Of a stretch of DNA of 64,000 nt, positions 12,311 through 26,660 are shown piece by piece. Both the position numbers and the translations under genes were made by a program. Below the pieces are notes generated by a model, which saw only the letters and a program-made list of their open reading frames with translations, had not been told where the DNA came from and ran no database searches. Positions within the stretch are counted from its first letter, which is position 1. Each line of letters opens with the position of its first letter. This stretch comes from Eledone cirrhosa. Lineage: Eukaryota. The stretch covers positions 18,600,001 through 18,664,000 of the forward strand of contig OZ024757.1 of NCBI GenBank assembly GCA_964016885.1. Reading direction: 5' to 3'.

Positions 12311-13317
12311 TATGTGCACACCTCAGCAGAATGGTAAATCTGGCAGTGATATTATGGTTATGTTCACAGGAAAGGTTTTAATTATCCTTCATGGCTTTAT
12401 TTGATAGAACCTTTGTTAATATATTTAAAGTGATTCACAGACTTTCATCAGTCTACCACACGAATATGCTGTCTTCTCACTCAATATGTCCTCTACCTCT
12501 ACTAAATAGGCATTGAAGACAGGGGCCCATCTTCCTGCCAAAAATGTTATTTCCTTCAGGGCCCAAGTAAGAGGCCTCATAACTTAACTAGCAGAGGGCC
12601 TTGTTTGTCCTAAATCCAGCATTGCATAATATCCAACATTGTCATACTAATTATGACACCAGTACCCTTGCTTCATCTTACATAGCTCCCTAATAATATT
12701 AAGTTCAGATTACATGGAGGTAGGATGAAATTTTTATTAAAAAAATTTTATTCTCACAAATAAGGTAACCAAAAATAAGGATAAGATAAAGAAAAAAAGA
12801 AATTCATCAAGAAAGCTAAGGAAGGGGGTGAGTGGCTCAGCATCCACCCTACCATGTCGGGCTCCTAACTCTTTAGTGACGTGTTATGAATTAAAATCTT
12901 AAGATAAAGATAAAGTATTTTGGGGGCTTTTAAAGGATGAAAACTTCTTTACAAAGCCCTAGTAATAATAATTATATTACGTACCACTTCGTTCATATAT
13001 AAATATATGTATGCATATGTATACACAAACACATGTATATTCTCTAGTAGTTCACGATTTTATCGAGTTTATATTCATAGAAATCTGGGACTTGTCTCTT
13101 TCCTCTCACTTTCTGTTGCTTAAACCATTTTGTTTGTTCACCCTAACGTTCTCTTTATTTACGTGTCCCAACGACTTTTTTTAGCCGTTGTTCGCACCAA
13201 CCTGAGGTATATGGCCCTTAAAGCGATGAAATGCCTGGGACGGTTGGAGGGTCACTGATGAAGGACTCCCCCCCTTTTTTATATGTAACCCATTTGCAAC
13301 GCCGCAGCTCCATTATT

Positions 13318-13375
<58 letters not shown>

Positions 13376-13394
13376 ATGTGTCTGTATATGTATC

Positions 13395-15920
13395 ATTATC
13401 ATCGTTTAACGTTCATCTTCCACGCTAGCATGGGTTGGACGGTTTTGTTCAATTTGATGCGGAAATGGTTGGGAGACCGTGTCTCGCTCACACGGAAGTG
13501 TCTCTGGTAGGTTTTTTTACGGTGTGGACGGAGAGGTGTACATTGAGTTAAAAGGTGTCTACTGGCTGTAGGTTTGTATACAATGGTAGTCAGGTCTTCT
13601 GAACAGCTGCAAGGCGCCAAAGGTCTCGATCCAGTCTCATTGTCTTAGAGAGGTGTAGGTGGGCAAGGTCAGGTTTTTCTTGGTCTACCCACTCCACAGG
13701 TTCCATCAATTTTCATTGCCCTGCACTTTTTTATACAGCTGTCGTCCTTCATACGCATCACATGTCCATACCAACGCAATCTCCTCTCCAGAACACAACA
13801 TTTGATACCTCTTATGCTTAGTCTCCCTCTTAGTTCGTATATGTATGTATTATTTCATTAGTATATATCATCATCATCACCGTTTTACATCCATTCTTCC
13901 ACGCTAGCATGGGTTAGACAGGTTGTCCTGTTGTGGGCAATGCAAGGTCAGGTGACCATGTCTTGCTCATACAGAACTGATTCTGGCTTGGTTTCTACAG
14001 CTGGATGCCCTTCCTAACACCAACCTCATTTACAGTGAGTGTTGGGTGCTTTTTACTGTGTCACCTACACGACCACTTAACAGTGTGGGCTGGGTGATTT
14101 TTGTCGTGACATCTCCACGACCACTTTACCGTGGTAGGGCATACTGTCTATATACTTCAGCTTCGTCTTGTACCCGTGGGAAGTCGGGTCTTCTGTATTA
14201 CTGCGTAACACCAGAGGTCTCGGTCCTGTGTCATCCCCTTTGAGAGGTGCAATAGGGTAAGGTCGGCTTTTATCACCTCATCCCAGGTCTTCTTGGGTCT
14301 CCCCATTCCAAGGCTTCCATCAACTTCTAGTGCTCTGCACCTTTTTATGCAGCTGTCATCCTTCATACGCATCACATGTCCATACCAACGCAACTGCCTT
14401 TCCTGCACACAGCATTTGATTCCTCTTATGCTCAGTCTCTCTCTCAATTCATTTATGCTTTGCCGTTCGCGTATATTACTATTACACATCTATTGGAGCG
14501 TGCAGTCTTCGTTTCTAATTCTACAGACAGCGCCCAGGTCTCACTACCAAGTAACATTATTGCTGTTCGTATGCATGCATCATAGAGTCTGCCTTTCATT
14601 TTGAGGGGAAAGCGTTTTGCAGCTAGCTGTAGTAGTAGTTCCCTGAACTTCTTCCATCCCGTTCTTACCCTAGTTATTGTACTTTCCGAAGACCCACCTC
14701 CGCTGCTAATTCGGTCACCTAGGTAGCAGAAGCTGTCTACTGTTTCTACAGAGCCCTCCCAGTTTGGTGGTGCTTGTTTCATGTGGTCATTACTTGCTTG
14801 CTGTCCCAGTGCAACTACTACATGTAAAGCTTATATTCTTTGCTAAACTTCCTGAGATCCCACTACATCTCTTATGTACATTTGCATTTGTGGCAGAGAA
14901 TGGAATTTATACCTACACCTTTCCTACATTCTGAGCAAGGCCATTTCCCTGGGGGGATCTGGGTTCTGTTTTCTCATCCACTTACGAGGACCTTTGTCTT
15001 TGTCAGGTTGACTTTGAGACCCACTTTTTCTAGGCCCTGCTTCCATGTTTGGAATTTCTTCTCTAGTTCCACCATAGATTCAGCTATAAGTTTAAGATCA
15101 TCCACGTACAGAAGTTCCCATGGGCATCCGATCTTAAACTCCTCTGTTATAGCCTGCAATATGATAATAAACAGGAGAGGGCTAAGAACAGAGCCCTGGT
15201 GGACACCAGCCTGTATGCTAAATTCCTCGCTATAGTCATTGTTAACCCTAACTTTGCTGACTGCTCCTCTATACAAGGCTTGTACAGCCTTTAGAAGCCA
15301 TTCATCTAAGAGCCCACCAGATTATGGCACGGGACACTCTGTCAAAAGCTTTCTCCCGATCAACAAATGCCAGGTCGAGCGGCTTACTTTTAGCTAGGTA
15401 CTTTTCCTGTCGCTGCCTCACAAGGAAGAGAGCATCAGTAGTGCCTTTTCCTGGCACAAACCCAAACTGCATCTTATCTAGATTTACGCAGTCCCTAATC
15501 AGTTGTGCTACTCTTTCTGTTACTTTCATGGTCCATCAGCTTTATACCTCTATAGTATCCTCTATCTAGTACATCTCCTTTACCCTTGTACCAGTTGACA
15601 ATGATGTTGCTGAACCAATCATTTGGTATGTCGCCCTCTAGTATTACCTAGTTAACAGTACGTGTGGTTATGGCGTGACCTACCGACCCAGGTGCTTTCA
15701 GTATCTCAGCAGCTATACCCGATGGACCGGTTGCTTTCCTAGTTTTCATATCCTTAATTGCCTTACTTACTACACTGCTGCTGACTTGTATTGCTGGACC
15801 CTCTTGGGGTAGGGACTCTTTATCCTATGCATTCTCCTCATTCAGTAATCTTTCATAATGGCTCTTCCACAAAACTTTCTTCTTGGCACTTTTGAGAGCA
15901 AGCTCACCTTTATCATCCCG
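13395..15920 (-). mobile_element. Stacked RTE LINE fragments and family-B tails
   Basis: LRWYGHVMRMKDDSCIK, FCYLGDRISSGGG, GVHQGSVLSPLLF, LLYVDDL, QFGFVPGKGTTDALF, KAFDRV. Confidence 0.9.
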
Positions 15921-16329
15921 ATATATATATATATGTAAAAGTAATAAATAAAACAAATGGCACAGTACATAGAAGATATATACAGTAGAATCTTGCAATA
16001 CTAGTGCCCCATTGTATGAGTAATTTGCTGCACAAGCCAAGGGTCATACAAATTTTTGTCTTGTAGTATGAGTGGAAATCTGCAGTACGAGTGAGTTTCA
16101 TACAAGCAACCACTAGTCAGGACTGAGCTCGCACAGCCTCCACTCACTCAGCTCACGTGTTTATCTCATTGTGACAGCATCCCTATTGTGTTTTTCCCAG
16201 TGGTTTTTTTAGTTTTGTGTGTTTTTTTGCTATGTAATAATAATTAGTGGAAGAGACTGTTCCCTGGAGGAGGACATTATAGCGAAGAAGGCTATCTCTC
16301 CGAGTGACATAAAGGCATGTGGATCTTAA

Positions 16330-18210
16330 AAGTGAGACACCAGTCCAGGGTTACACCTAGATAGACTGGGTGCTCACGGTGTTCAAAGGGGGTTCCTGAC
16401 TAGTTGACGCTTGGCTTCACAGTTTCGCAGGTGGAAGGCACACATCTGTCTCTTGGATAGATTTGCACACAGGTGGTTGTTTTCATAATAAGGTGTTAGC
16501 TCTTCCAGAGTCTATCTTCCACAACTTTGAAATCAGTGTCTTGTGCACCTATGCCAAGATCATCTGCATAGATGAAGCGGCGGGTGTCTGCACTTTTTTG
16601 GTAGGTCGTTGGTGTAGATGTTGAAGAGAAGTGATGCAAGCACACTTCCCTGTGGGATGCCATTCTTGAGTCTTCGCCATCTGCTGAGAAGTCGACAAAC
16701 ACCACACCAGTTACCATCCCTTCCTCTCATAGCCATCCTCAATGTACTGGGTGAGGTTGAGTACTGGACTAGTTGTCAAATGCTTGTTTGGGGGATGAGG
16801 TGTTCATCCACAAAGGGGCCAATTCTGTTGAGGATCAGGCGTTTAAAAAGCTTGTAGGTGTGATTCAAAAGTGAGATTGGTCTAAAGTTCTTAGAGCTGA
16901 TGGATCTTTCCCAGGTTTCAGCAGTGCTATAACATGAGCTTTCTTCCAGATGTTGGGGAGCTTGTGTGTTGTTAAGCACTCATTGTAGAGCTGTAGAAGC
17001 CACATATTTGCCTTGTGACTGCAACCAAACCGATCAAGCACTTCAATGTTATCCAGTCCAATTGATTTGAGGGTAGAGATTCCTGCTTCCAGCTCTTCTA
17101 TGATAACCAGTCTTGTAAAAGCAGGGTCCGCAGTGTATTTCTTGCGGTTTAGTTTCATCTACTTCCAGCTCTTCCCATTCTCCAGCAATTGGCTGACAAC
17201 TTGGTTGGCAGTGACTTTTGGGTGCCGAGGGGCTGCTTTAGGAGTACCATGTAGCTTGTGAATAAGTGTCCATGCTTTCTTGCACTTTTTTTTACATGTC
17301 CATAGACTCAATAAGAGATTTCCATGACTTGCTTTGCTCTTGGGCAATGCTTTCCATCACCTTCTCACCTTGGGCAGTTGTTTCTTCTGAGAAGGGGTCT
17401 ACTTTAAACATGATATAGTTGGCATAGAGTTCTGTACATTCCTTTGAAAGTCCAGGTATATATTCAACTCTACAGCCTCGTGGGATATGTTTCCAAGCAA
17501 TTTTCAGCACCAGGTAAGTAAAGAGGTTGTAGTTATATGTTTGATCTTCTCTTCCAGTTTGTTGGTGAAACCTTTCCAGTCTGCTTTGTTGTAGTTGAAG
17601 CACCTTTTGAAAGGCTGGGACTACAGCTGTATTGATTAGGATCCCAATTGGATGGAGTTGGCTTGATGGAATAGGATCCAGCACAGTCTTTGTACACAGT
17701 CCAGCTATGTTACTTGTGACCATGGTGAGATCTGGGTTATAGCCACGTTTCCAGTGAGAATTGAAAAATGAGTGGTAGCTTGGGGTCATGGATAAGACTC
17801 AGTTGGTTAGTATCCATCCAGTCCTCTACTGCTTCTCCATCCTTGTTCATTTCAGGGTAGCCCCGCTGGGTACTGTGGCTATTGAAGTCACCGATAATGA
17901 TCTGTGGTTTGCTGTGTAGTTTGGGGATTGGTTAGGAAAACAAAGTCTACAGGTGGTGGTTTATAGACAGATGTTACTGTCATGGTCATCTGACATGTTC
18001 ATTTCTTCTATAGCTAAGCCTGTTTTTACAAACATAGCACTACTGATGGGGTCACTCATTGGCCAGGACCATTCCAGGTATGGTGGGATGGTTGTTTTCA
18101 CTCCCTCTGTGTGTTGTGTCTCTTGCAAGCAGAGAACGTCACAGTGCTGCTTGCTGAATAGGTCAGCTAACATGTTTTGTTTTGCGAGGAGAGCCCTTTA
18201 ATATTTGCAG
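16330..18210 (-). mobile_element. Degenerate Vingi/Ingi-type LINE (APE and RT)
   Basis: DVLCLQET, GDFNSHS, RGYNPDL, IPRGCR..YIPGL, WKKAHVIALLKPGKDP, FRPISLL, KNGIPQGSVLASLLFNIYTNDLP, RRFIYADDL. Confidence 0.85.
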
Positions 18211-19324
18211 ATATGCCAACTATATCAGCATGTTCGAAGCAGACCCCTTCTCAGAAGAAACAATTGCTCAAGGCAAGAAGGTGATGGAAAGCATTGCCCA
18301 AGAGCGAAGCAAGTCCTGGAATGCTCTTATTGAGTCTATGGACATGTAAAAAAACAGGAATAAGTGTGAGGAGGAGAAGAGTGCCGTCCTGACCCATGGG
18401 GCATGTTTGGGGAATTTTAACTCTTAACGTCCTGTACCACATCAAACAGCATTAGAGTATAAAACAGCCTGCGTCACATTAAAAATTAAAGTTTTATTCA
18501 ATTGCGGTAGATTATCACAATATGTTTATGTGTTCTAAATACAAAATAAGAAAATAATTTATGAGTAAAAACAAGGTTTATTTAAATTTCAGTTTATTAA
18601 AAATATTTACAAAACAGGTGATGACTTCGGAATTGAGGACTCTGGAACACTGATAAAAGATTGAAAACCTGTGCTGATATTTATAACATGTCCAGCATGA
18701 TGTATGACAAGTCCAGCTCATGTCAACATGACGACTATATTGATGTTAAATCTTCAAATAATTACATAATAGATAAGAGGCATACATGGTCCTGCAACTC
18801 CTGGTGGAGTCGTAGGAGCGCCATAATGGCATATGGCATATTTCTAGAGCATTTTAAACCTGGTGGAGCCCATCCCTCAGGAGGTGAGAAAGATATATAT
18901 AGTATAGTATTGTCCCGTAACTCTTGATGGAGTCATAGGGGCACCATTGTGACATAAAGTGTTTCTAGGACATTTTAATCCTGGTAGAGCCTATCACCTC
19001 TCCAGGTCTGAACATTGCAGATTTCCTCCAGAGATGGATAGAAAGTGAGAAAGAGAAATATACAGAAAGAATCAACCCCAGTATTAGACTGATACTTTTT
19101 TTTATCAACCTCGAATTAATAAAGGGCAAAGTTAACCTCCACAAGATTTCAACTCAGAGAGCAGAGCCAGAATGAATACCACAAAACATTCTATCCGACA
19201 TTCTAACAACTCTGCCAATTCACTGCTGTCTTCTTTAGTTTATTAAAGTTATATAAATCTTACCAGAAGCCTTCTATTGATATAACTGAATCCAGAATAT
19301 ACACAACATATATTTATATCATAT

Positions 19325-19560
19325 AGTGAAGTTGTGTGGCTTTGTGGCTAGACAATTAGATTCACAATTGTGAGGTTTTGAGTTCGATTCCTGATTCCTG
19401 GACCGAGGAATACGTTGTCCTTGAGCAAGACTCTTTATTTCATGTTGCTCCTTCTGCCAGGAGTTGCAGGAGATAGTATCAGCAATGGAGAGACCAATTG
19501 TTTCCTTGATTTGATCTGATGAGTACCACTCCACATTTCTGATAGGAAGGACATCTTACC
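19325..19560 (+). mobile_element. tRNA-derived SINE family C
   Basis: GTGTGGCTT..TGG.TAG...GAGTTCGATTCC then GTCCTTGAGCAAGAC.CTTTATTTCA.GTTGCTCC; other copies at 28640-28745, 37561-37770 and 49662-49880. Confidence 0.75.
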
Positions 19561-20234
19561 ATAGAAAACAACTTGCCAAACAAAAGGTAGAGAGGACTGT
19601 TGTGTTATGTGAAAAACATAACAACCTCATTAGTGCAGGTGCCACAATAAAATGTAGCCAGCATGCTGTGTGTGTGAGAACATATGTGAAATACAGACCC
19701 CTGATTCATCTGAAAGGACAGTATTTCTGATTAAATACTAATTTGGTCTGTGATGAGATATCCAACCATTTCTATGAGGGAAAGCAGACAATAAATTATG
19801 ATGACAGTGATGAAATGCTTTTTTTATGGTTTGTGTATCTAATCCAATCTAGGGCCTTCTCATTCTTGTTGGAAGAACCCCTTCATGGTTGACCTCCACC
19901 ACTTTTTGTTTGATTTTGGTCATGTGAGGGGTGTATTCACCACACTTGGCCAATGTTGGTGTATATCATCCTTTATACAACAGTAGTGATACTAAGCTTG
20001 ATTTATAAGAATGAGCCTCATCTTCATGGAAAAGTACAACATTGATGCCTGACCTGACAGAAATGAGACCACCAAAACATTGCAATATTGCCAGAAGATA
20101 TCGTCCTTCATGTGGGATAACAAGGGATGTGTTCGGGCTCAACGGGAAATACGTCTAACCCATGTTAATGTGGAAAATAGATGCTAAACAGTGAGGATGA
20201 TGATGATGATTTGAGGCTTTTGACAGTAATAGAT

Positions 20235-21758
20235 TTAATTTCCTGTATGAGTAAATACATGAGTAGCTAAATGAGTTCTTTGAGAGAATGAGCTACCACA
20301 GATATCACATTGATATGGTTTGTCTTCTGTATGAATATACCTGTGGCTTGTTAAGTTTCCTCTTTGAGCAAATGATTTCCCACAAATATCACAGTTATAT
20401 GGCTTCTCCCCTGTGTGAAGAGTTTTGTGTCTAGCTAAGTTACTACTTTTCGAAAATGATTTACCACAAATATCACAGTTGTAGTCTTTCTCGCCTCTAT
20501 GAAAACGCTTGTGAGTTTTTACATAACTTGTTTCAGAGAATACTTTCGGAGTGATATCAAATTGATATGGCTTCTGACTTGTATGAATGTGTTTGTGTTT
20601 AGTTAAATTACCGGGGTCAGATACTGCTTTACCACAGATATCACAGTGATATGGTTTCTCTCCAGTATGAATGTATTTGTGTACAGTCAATTTCCCACTT
20701 ACAGAGAATGATTTACCACAGATATCACACAGATATGGCTTTTCACCTGTATGAACTCGTTTGTGAGTAGTTAAGCTACCATTTGCAGTGAATGCCTTAC
20801 CACAGACATCACAGTGATATGGCTTCTCTCCAGTATGAATACGTCTATGAGTGGTTAGGTGATTACTTGCAGAGAATGATTTACCACAGACATCACAGTC
20901 ATATGGTTTCTCTCCTGTGTGAATACGTTTGTGTGTAGTTAAGTCACTACTTATAGAGAATGATTTACCACAGACATCACAATGATATGGCTTCTCTCCT
21001 GTGTGACTGCGTTTGTGTATAGTTAAGGCATTTCTATGTGCAAAGGATTTACTACAGACATCGCAATGATATGGCTTCTCTCCAGTATGAGTACGTATGT
21101 GAGTAGTCAAGTCACTACTTCCAGAGAATGATTTACCACAGATATGACAAGGGTATGGCTTTTCACCTGTATGTATGCGTTTGTGTTTAACTAAAATATT
21201 TGCTTTCAAGAATGATTTACCACAGACATCACAGTGATATGGCCTCTCTCCTGTATGAATACGTTTGTGAGCAGTGAATTGATTACTTTCAGCAAATGAT
21301 TTACCACAGATATCACAGTAATATGGCTTTTCTCCTGTATGACTACGCCTGTGTGTTGTTAAGGCATTAGCTTGAGAGAATGATTCATTACAGATAGTAC
21401 AGTGATAGGGTTTGTCTCCTGTATGAGTACGTTTGTGCCTTGCTAAGTTACTACTTTGAGAGAATGATTTACCACAGACATCACAATCAAACTGTCCTTC
21501 TCCTGTATGAATGCGTTTATGAATAGTTAAGTTACGTGGATGAGAGAATGATATTTTACAGATATCACAGTGATACGGCTTTTCTCCCGTATGAATAGTT
21601 TTATGTCTAGTAAGGTTGCTTTTATGAAAGAATAATTTACCACAGATATCACAGTGGTAAGTTTTCTTGTCTGTGTCTTTCAGCATCTCATCAGGAAAAG
21701 CAATACTTTCAGATTCTGTTTTAATTTCAACTTGTTGCTCACATAATTCATTTTCCAT
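20235..21758 (-). CDS. C2H2 zinc-finger protein, 16 intact fingers plus 1 Cys-less finger, 507 aa, single coding exon
   Basis: ATG at 21758 (MENELCE...) followed by 17 units of 28 aa; unit 14 ([10 protein letters not shown]) lacks both cysteines. Candidate acceptor TTTTACTTTAG at 22041-22042 (-) and candidate upstream donor CGAG|GTATAT at 26380 (-). Confidence 0.92.
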   Translation of the reverse strand: MENELCEQQVEIKTESESIAFPDEMLKDTDKKTYHCDICGKLFFHKSNLTRHKTIHTGEKPYHCDICKISFSHPRNLTIHKRIHTGEGQFDCDVCGKSFSQSSNLARHKRTHTGDKPYHCTICNESFSQANALTTHRRSHTGEKPYYCDICGKSFAESNQFTAHKRIHTGERPYHCDVCGKSFLKANILVKHKRIHTGEKPYPCHICGKSFSGSSDLTTHIRTHTGEKPYHCDVCSKSFAHRNALTIHKRSHTGEKPYHCDVCGKSFSISSDLTTHKRIHTGEKPYDCDVCGKSFSASNHLTTHRRIHTGEKPYHCDVCGKAFTANGSLTTHKRVHTGEKPYLCDICGKSFSVSGKLTVHKYIHTGEKPYHCDICGKAVSDPGNLTKHKHIHTSQKPYQFDITPKVFSETSYVKTHKRFHRGEKDYNCDICGKSFSKSSNLARHKTLHTGEKPYNCDICGKSFAQRGNLTSHRYIHTEDKPYQCDICGSSFSQRTHLATHVFTHTGN

Positions 21759-22844
21759 AATTATTTCTTCTAGTATAACCACCTCTTTAGTTTTTATATT
21801 TTATATCTAACAAATATTTACACCAATTGTAAACTTTGTTGATATCTGAAGATGCTGTAAATTCCTTTGGATATTTGTCCAAGTTTAATTAGAATGGTAA
21901 ATACTTTTGTACATATTCCACACACTGAAGTTGAGAAAATTTTTTTAAATTTCAGTTGGCAAATATTTCAGAGTTTATATTCCAGTTTATATCTGTTCTG
22001 TGTAATGACTTCTAATCTCTACAAGATGATATTGATGCATCTAAAGTAAAAAAGTAAAAAGAAATTAATTTCTGCCAATGTCATGTGCTATTGTGAAATA
22101 TACAAACAGTGTATCAAATAAAGAAGAATTATAGACAGACTCAGTGTTTTAATCCTTTTGTTTCAAAACTAGATGAAACTGGCCATAGTTCTACAATACA
22201 GTTTGATTTGGAGATGTTTGTGTTTATCTAAGAGCCTTCCAATGATGGTTTATTTTCTGAGCATTAGCTTCGTAATTAGAAACTTATATTACGAAATCCC
22301 TCCAAAATTGATATTTTTTCTCAAAATTATTTGAAAATTACGAGTATTGAATTTCATGAGAAATATGGTAACGAAAGAGTTGAGTGACGGAAGATCAGGA
22401 AAGAGTTGAGTTTTTCACTGAAGATCAGAAACAGATACTCCAATGGGTTTCCACACAGTTTCTATCTATTAAAAGTCGCCTGCTAGACTAACTTTGGTTG
22501 ACCCAAGAATATAGGAGGTATACGGATTTTTTTATACTTCTTTTTTTTCTAAAAATTAAGATAAACTGCCCTTTTCAAAGCTTGCACTAGAAATAGGGAC
22601 AAGGTGAACTTTATGTAGGTGTTTATCCCCCACCCCTACCCATTTTTATGGCATACAATTGGGGGAAAAACACATTTATGGACTGACCCAATAGTTTGAG
22701 GGATATTTCAAAAGGAGAGATTCAACAGTGAAAGATTACATTTCTCTCTCAATAAACTGTAAACATATTGGCCCCATCTATATCAACCATTCTACTTCTC
22801 TGGGCCATCACAATAGCTATGAATGAGGGATTGCATTAGATATC

Positions 22845-23045
22845 TATATACTCAATACACCCTCCCGATCTGTATTTACACAATACACTATGCCAGATCT
22901 GTATGTGCACAATATACCCTCCAGATCTGTATATACCTAATACACCCTCCAGATATCTATATATCCAATACACCCTCCAGATCTGTTTGTACCCAATACA
23001 CTATGCCAGATCTGTATGTACCCAATACACCCTCCAGATCTGTTG
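22845..23045. repeat. ~27-bp minisatellite (CCCAATACACCCTCCAGATCTGTATGTA-like), ~7 copies
   Basis: Tandem units visible directly. Confidence 0.85.
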
Positions 23046-23659
23046 GTACTACAATAAAATGTACCCAATACATTTAACAGTGGGTACTCTATAGTCTAGT
23101 GGTATATAAGGCAACTTATAAATTTGTGAAGAGCCCTAATAATTACCACAACACATTTACCCGAAGCTCTACCGATTATACCAATCCACTGCCGAGCGTT
23201 AAATAATGTTTTACCTGAATAATGGGACTTTGCTTAATTTCTAAAATTACCACCAAATTGCAGCTACACTATGGAGGGGTACTTAACTGCTAATAGTCAC
23301 AGGGGCACCATAGTGACATGCAGCCTCTCTGAACACAGCTGATTTCATCACAACAAAAAAAAAAATCAACCCGAGTACAGGACTGGTATTTTATCGTGAA
23401 AGGATGAAAGGCAAGAGTTGACATCAGTGGGATTTGAACTGAAAGCTGAGGGAGCCATAACATCACAAAACATTCCTTAACAACGACTCTGCCAATTCAC
23501 TGCCTTACTTCTTCTTGAGTTATCCCTCCATTGAAGGTGATGCAGCTTCACTTGGCTTTTTCTAATGGCTAGAATATATGTGGCTCACCACACCTGCTTA
23601 TTCATAGGTTTCTCCACTAACTGAAACAATCGTGCCAACCCATTGTCGAATTAATAATC

Positions 23660-24433
23660 GATCATCTGTGAAGCCACTAGTAATCCATCATCTGTGAAGC
23701 CACTAATAATAGATCATCTGTGAAGCCACTAGTAATCCATCATCTGTGAAGCCACTAATAATAGATCATCTGTGAAGCCACTAGTAATCCATCATCTGTG
23801 AAGCCACTAATAATAGATCATCTGTGAAGCCACTAATAATAGATCATCTGTGAAGCCACTAATAATAGATCATCTGTGAAGCCACTAATAATAGATCACC
23901 TGTGAAGCCACTAATAATCCATCATCTGTGAAGCCACTAATAATCGATCATCTGTGAAGCCACTAGTAATCCATCATCTGTGAAGCCACTAATAATCCTT
24001 CATCTGTGAAGCCACTAATAATAGATCATCTGTGAAGCCACTAATAATCCATCATCTGTGAAGCCACTAATAATCCATCATCTGTGAAGCCACTAATAAT
24101 CCTTCATCTGTGAAGCCACTAATAATAGATCATCTGTGAAGCCACTAATAATCCATCATCTGTGAAGCCACTAATAATCGATCATCTGTGAAGCCACTAA
24201 TAATAGATCATCTGTGAAGCCACTAATAATCCATCATCTGTGAAGCCACTAGTAATTCATCATCTGTGAAGCCACTAATAATAGATCATCTGTGAAGCCA
24301 CTAATAATCCATCATCTGTGAAGCCACTAATAATCAATCATCTGTGAAGCCACTAGTAATCCATTATCTGTGAAGCCACTAGTAATCCATCATCTGTGAA
24401 GCCACTAATAATAGATCATCTGTGAAGCCACTG
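23660..24433. repeat. 26-bp minisatellite ATCATCTGTGAAGCCACTAATAAT(CC/AG), ~30 copies
   Basis: Tandem units visible directly. Confidence 0.95.
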
Positions 24434-24659
24434 ATGTTCACGACACCGAGGTCTCTAATTCAACTGATGGTCACCACATGAACCATTGCTTACTATGAGA
24501 CATGTAGGATTTTTATCGAGGATTACTCCTCCATCCTATGACAGTCATATCAACGGCACCTCTTCACCACACAGATCAGTCTTCCGACAGGCTATATACT
24601 TAGCCTCAATGAGCATATATTACCCTTCATATATTACCCTTCATGACATGCACGCCACA

Positions 24660-25122
24660 TGGACATCTCAACTTACCAACAGGCTAAAACTGGAAATATT
24701 CCAAGCAACCATTAAGCCCATATTACTTTATGGATCCGAAACTTGGACACTAACATCACAACTTGAGAGGAGATTGGATGGCACATATACCCGCCTCTTA
24801 ATGAGAGTGCAAAACCTATCCTGGAAACGACATCCCACCTTGTCTAAAATCTATGGCAAACTCCCTCGAGCCTCTGCCCTTCTAAAATCCCGGAGAGCTC
24901 AATTTGCTGGCCACTGTCACCGTGCCAGCAATGAAATCATATCCGCTCTCTTGCTCTGGAACCCTGACTCCAGCCTGACTAGGAGTAGAAAGCTGTCATT
25001 CCCTGACGTTATCTCTAGGGATACGGGAATCAGCAAACAGGACCTGGGGGCAGCGATGAGGGACAGGGGATTCTGGGGCATGAGAGTGAGATCCATCATC
25101 TCGACAGTAGTCGACGAGTGAT
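24660..25122 (+). mobile_element. 3' fragment of a Proto2/RTEX-like LINE
   Basis: ILLYGSETWTLT..LDGTYTRLL..RRAQFAGHCHR..EIISALLLWNP; ends GTCGACGAGTGATG. Clade assignment is from memory. Confidence 0.8.
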
Positions 25123-25210
25123 GGTGTATGACCCTTCATCAGTTCTTCTGAGTGGTATGTTGAACAGACTCTGGGACACACGGAGACGTCACAAAATACT
25201 ACCCAATGAC

Positions 25211-25523
25211 AACCAGTTACAGCTCTGCACACACATTAACATATACATATTTACACACACACACACACACAATATATATATATATATACATATGTACACA
25301 CTGTTGGATGACCGCTCACTCTCATCAGTTCCTCCACTTATTATCAGGTTTTTTTTTTCCTCCTGCAGGGAACCAGTTACAGCTCTGCACACACATTAAC
25401 ATATACATATTTACACACACACACACAATATATATATATACATATGTACACACTGTTGGATGACCGCTCACTTTCATCAGTTCCTCCACTCATTATCAGG
25501 TTTTCTCTTTTTCCTCCTGCAGG
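25211..25523. repeat. Local tandem duplication of ~160 bp
   Basis: ACCAGTTACAGCTCTGCACACAC...TTTCCTCCTGCAGGG at 25211-25370 and 25372-25523. Confidence 0.85.
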
Positions 25524-25667
25524 GTAGTCAAATACCACCCTCCTTACCAAGGAATGTTGGTGGTGTGGCAGGTTTAGTTGCCGACGATCGTGTCAGGTTG
25601 TACAGGGTTAGTTACATGTTACCAGTAGCACTCGGGAATGACTAAACTATGGAACAGTATATACGAT

Positions 25668-25820
25668 AATTGTTTCTAGTTTAGGCACAAGGCCAGCAAA
25701 AAACCCAGTGTATTACTGGTACTTTATTTTATCGACCCCCGTAAGGATGAAAGGCAAAGTTAACCTCGGCGGGATTTGAACTCGGAGAGTTACGGGCCGT
25801 AATTCTACGCTGCAAAGCAA
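25668..25820 (-). mobile_element. SINE family A
   Basis: Reverse complement of the core and B box. Confidence 0.8.
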
Positions 25821-26609
25821 ATTATTTCTTTGTTTTTCTCCCGAGATTGTCGTGGGTGCAAAGTCCTCAAACAGGTCTTGTCAGAAGCAACTGTCTCCAA
25901 CTGATCCGGCTGCATCCCCAAGAGAGACCAGCCAAGCTCATGGATGTTATCCAACCATTGCTCTGGGTCTACTGCCGGTTGGTTTTGCCTATAAAATATG
26001 TCCAGCGATTCTTTTCTGAGACATTCTAACCCCATACCCATGAGAAGTAGCGGCTCTACCTGGGGCAACTCTCTCATCTTCGAGCTATGCACTCTATCAA
26101 GTAACGTTACTCCAAAGACCCTTTAGAGGAACCCCATTTCGGCAGCTAGTATTCGCGATCGTATTCTTTCGGTCATTACCCAAGATTCATGACCATAGGA
26201 AAGGCTTGGCAGGAATACTGAATTGAAGATAGCGGTATTTCTTTGTTGATAATTATTATCAGATTTAGGTTGTTTTCAGGATTGTTATAAATGCTATTAC
26301 AGATCAAAGAAAAACATTACAATGACGAAAGAATAAAAGAGGATTAAATGATAAAACCGTTAATAAAAGACAATATATACCTCGTAGATATCACAGATGT
26401 GATGCTGGTAAAATATGTTGCAGAATAATGAACAATTACTACTATATATAAATATAGAGAGAGACACAGACAGATTTTAAATAGGAGATAAATATAATTA
26501 CTTTTACATAATTTTATGCTTCGTGTAAAATCGATAATTTAACAGATCGATGGGATGTGATTTGATTGAAAATATTATTTAGATGTTTTTAATCTTTGAC
26601 AAGCTAAAA

Positions 26610-26660
26610 CACAACATCCGGTTGAACATGCGCACAACGAAATGTCGTTTACGCAGACGA
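26610..26660 (-). promoter_or_regulatory. Candidate promoter of the minus-strand ZNF gene
   Basis: CpG-rich patch with TGCGCATG (NRF1-like half site, 26627-26634), ~250 bp upstream of the candidate donor at 26380. This is inference only. Confidence 0.3.

Noticed and set aside
13250-13270. Isolated CTGATGA cores (also ~12445, 25135, 25325, 33055, 63855)
   Set aside because: No pairing stems or GAAA partner could be identified; at most truncated remnants.
23660-24433. CRISPR-like appearance of short repeats (also 47545-48520, 57143-58020 and 62486-63315)
   Set aside because: There are no unique spacers and no cas genes, and the context is eukaryotic; these are plain minisatellites.
24486-24660. 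N-terminal part of the 211-aa ORF as a gene
   Set aside because: Chance open frame upstream of a 5'-truncated LINE fragment; TTG start and no motif.
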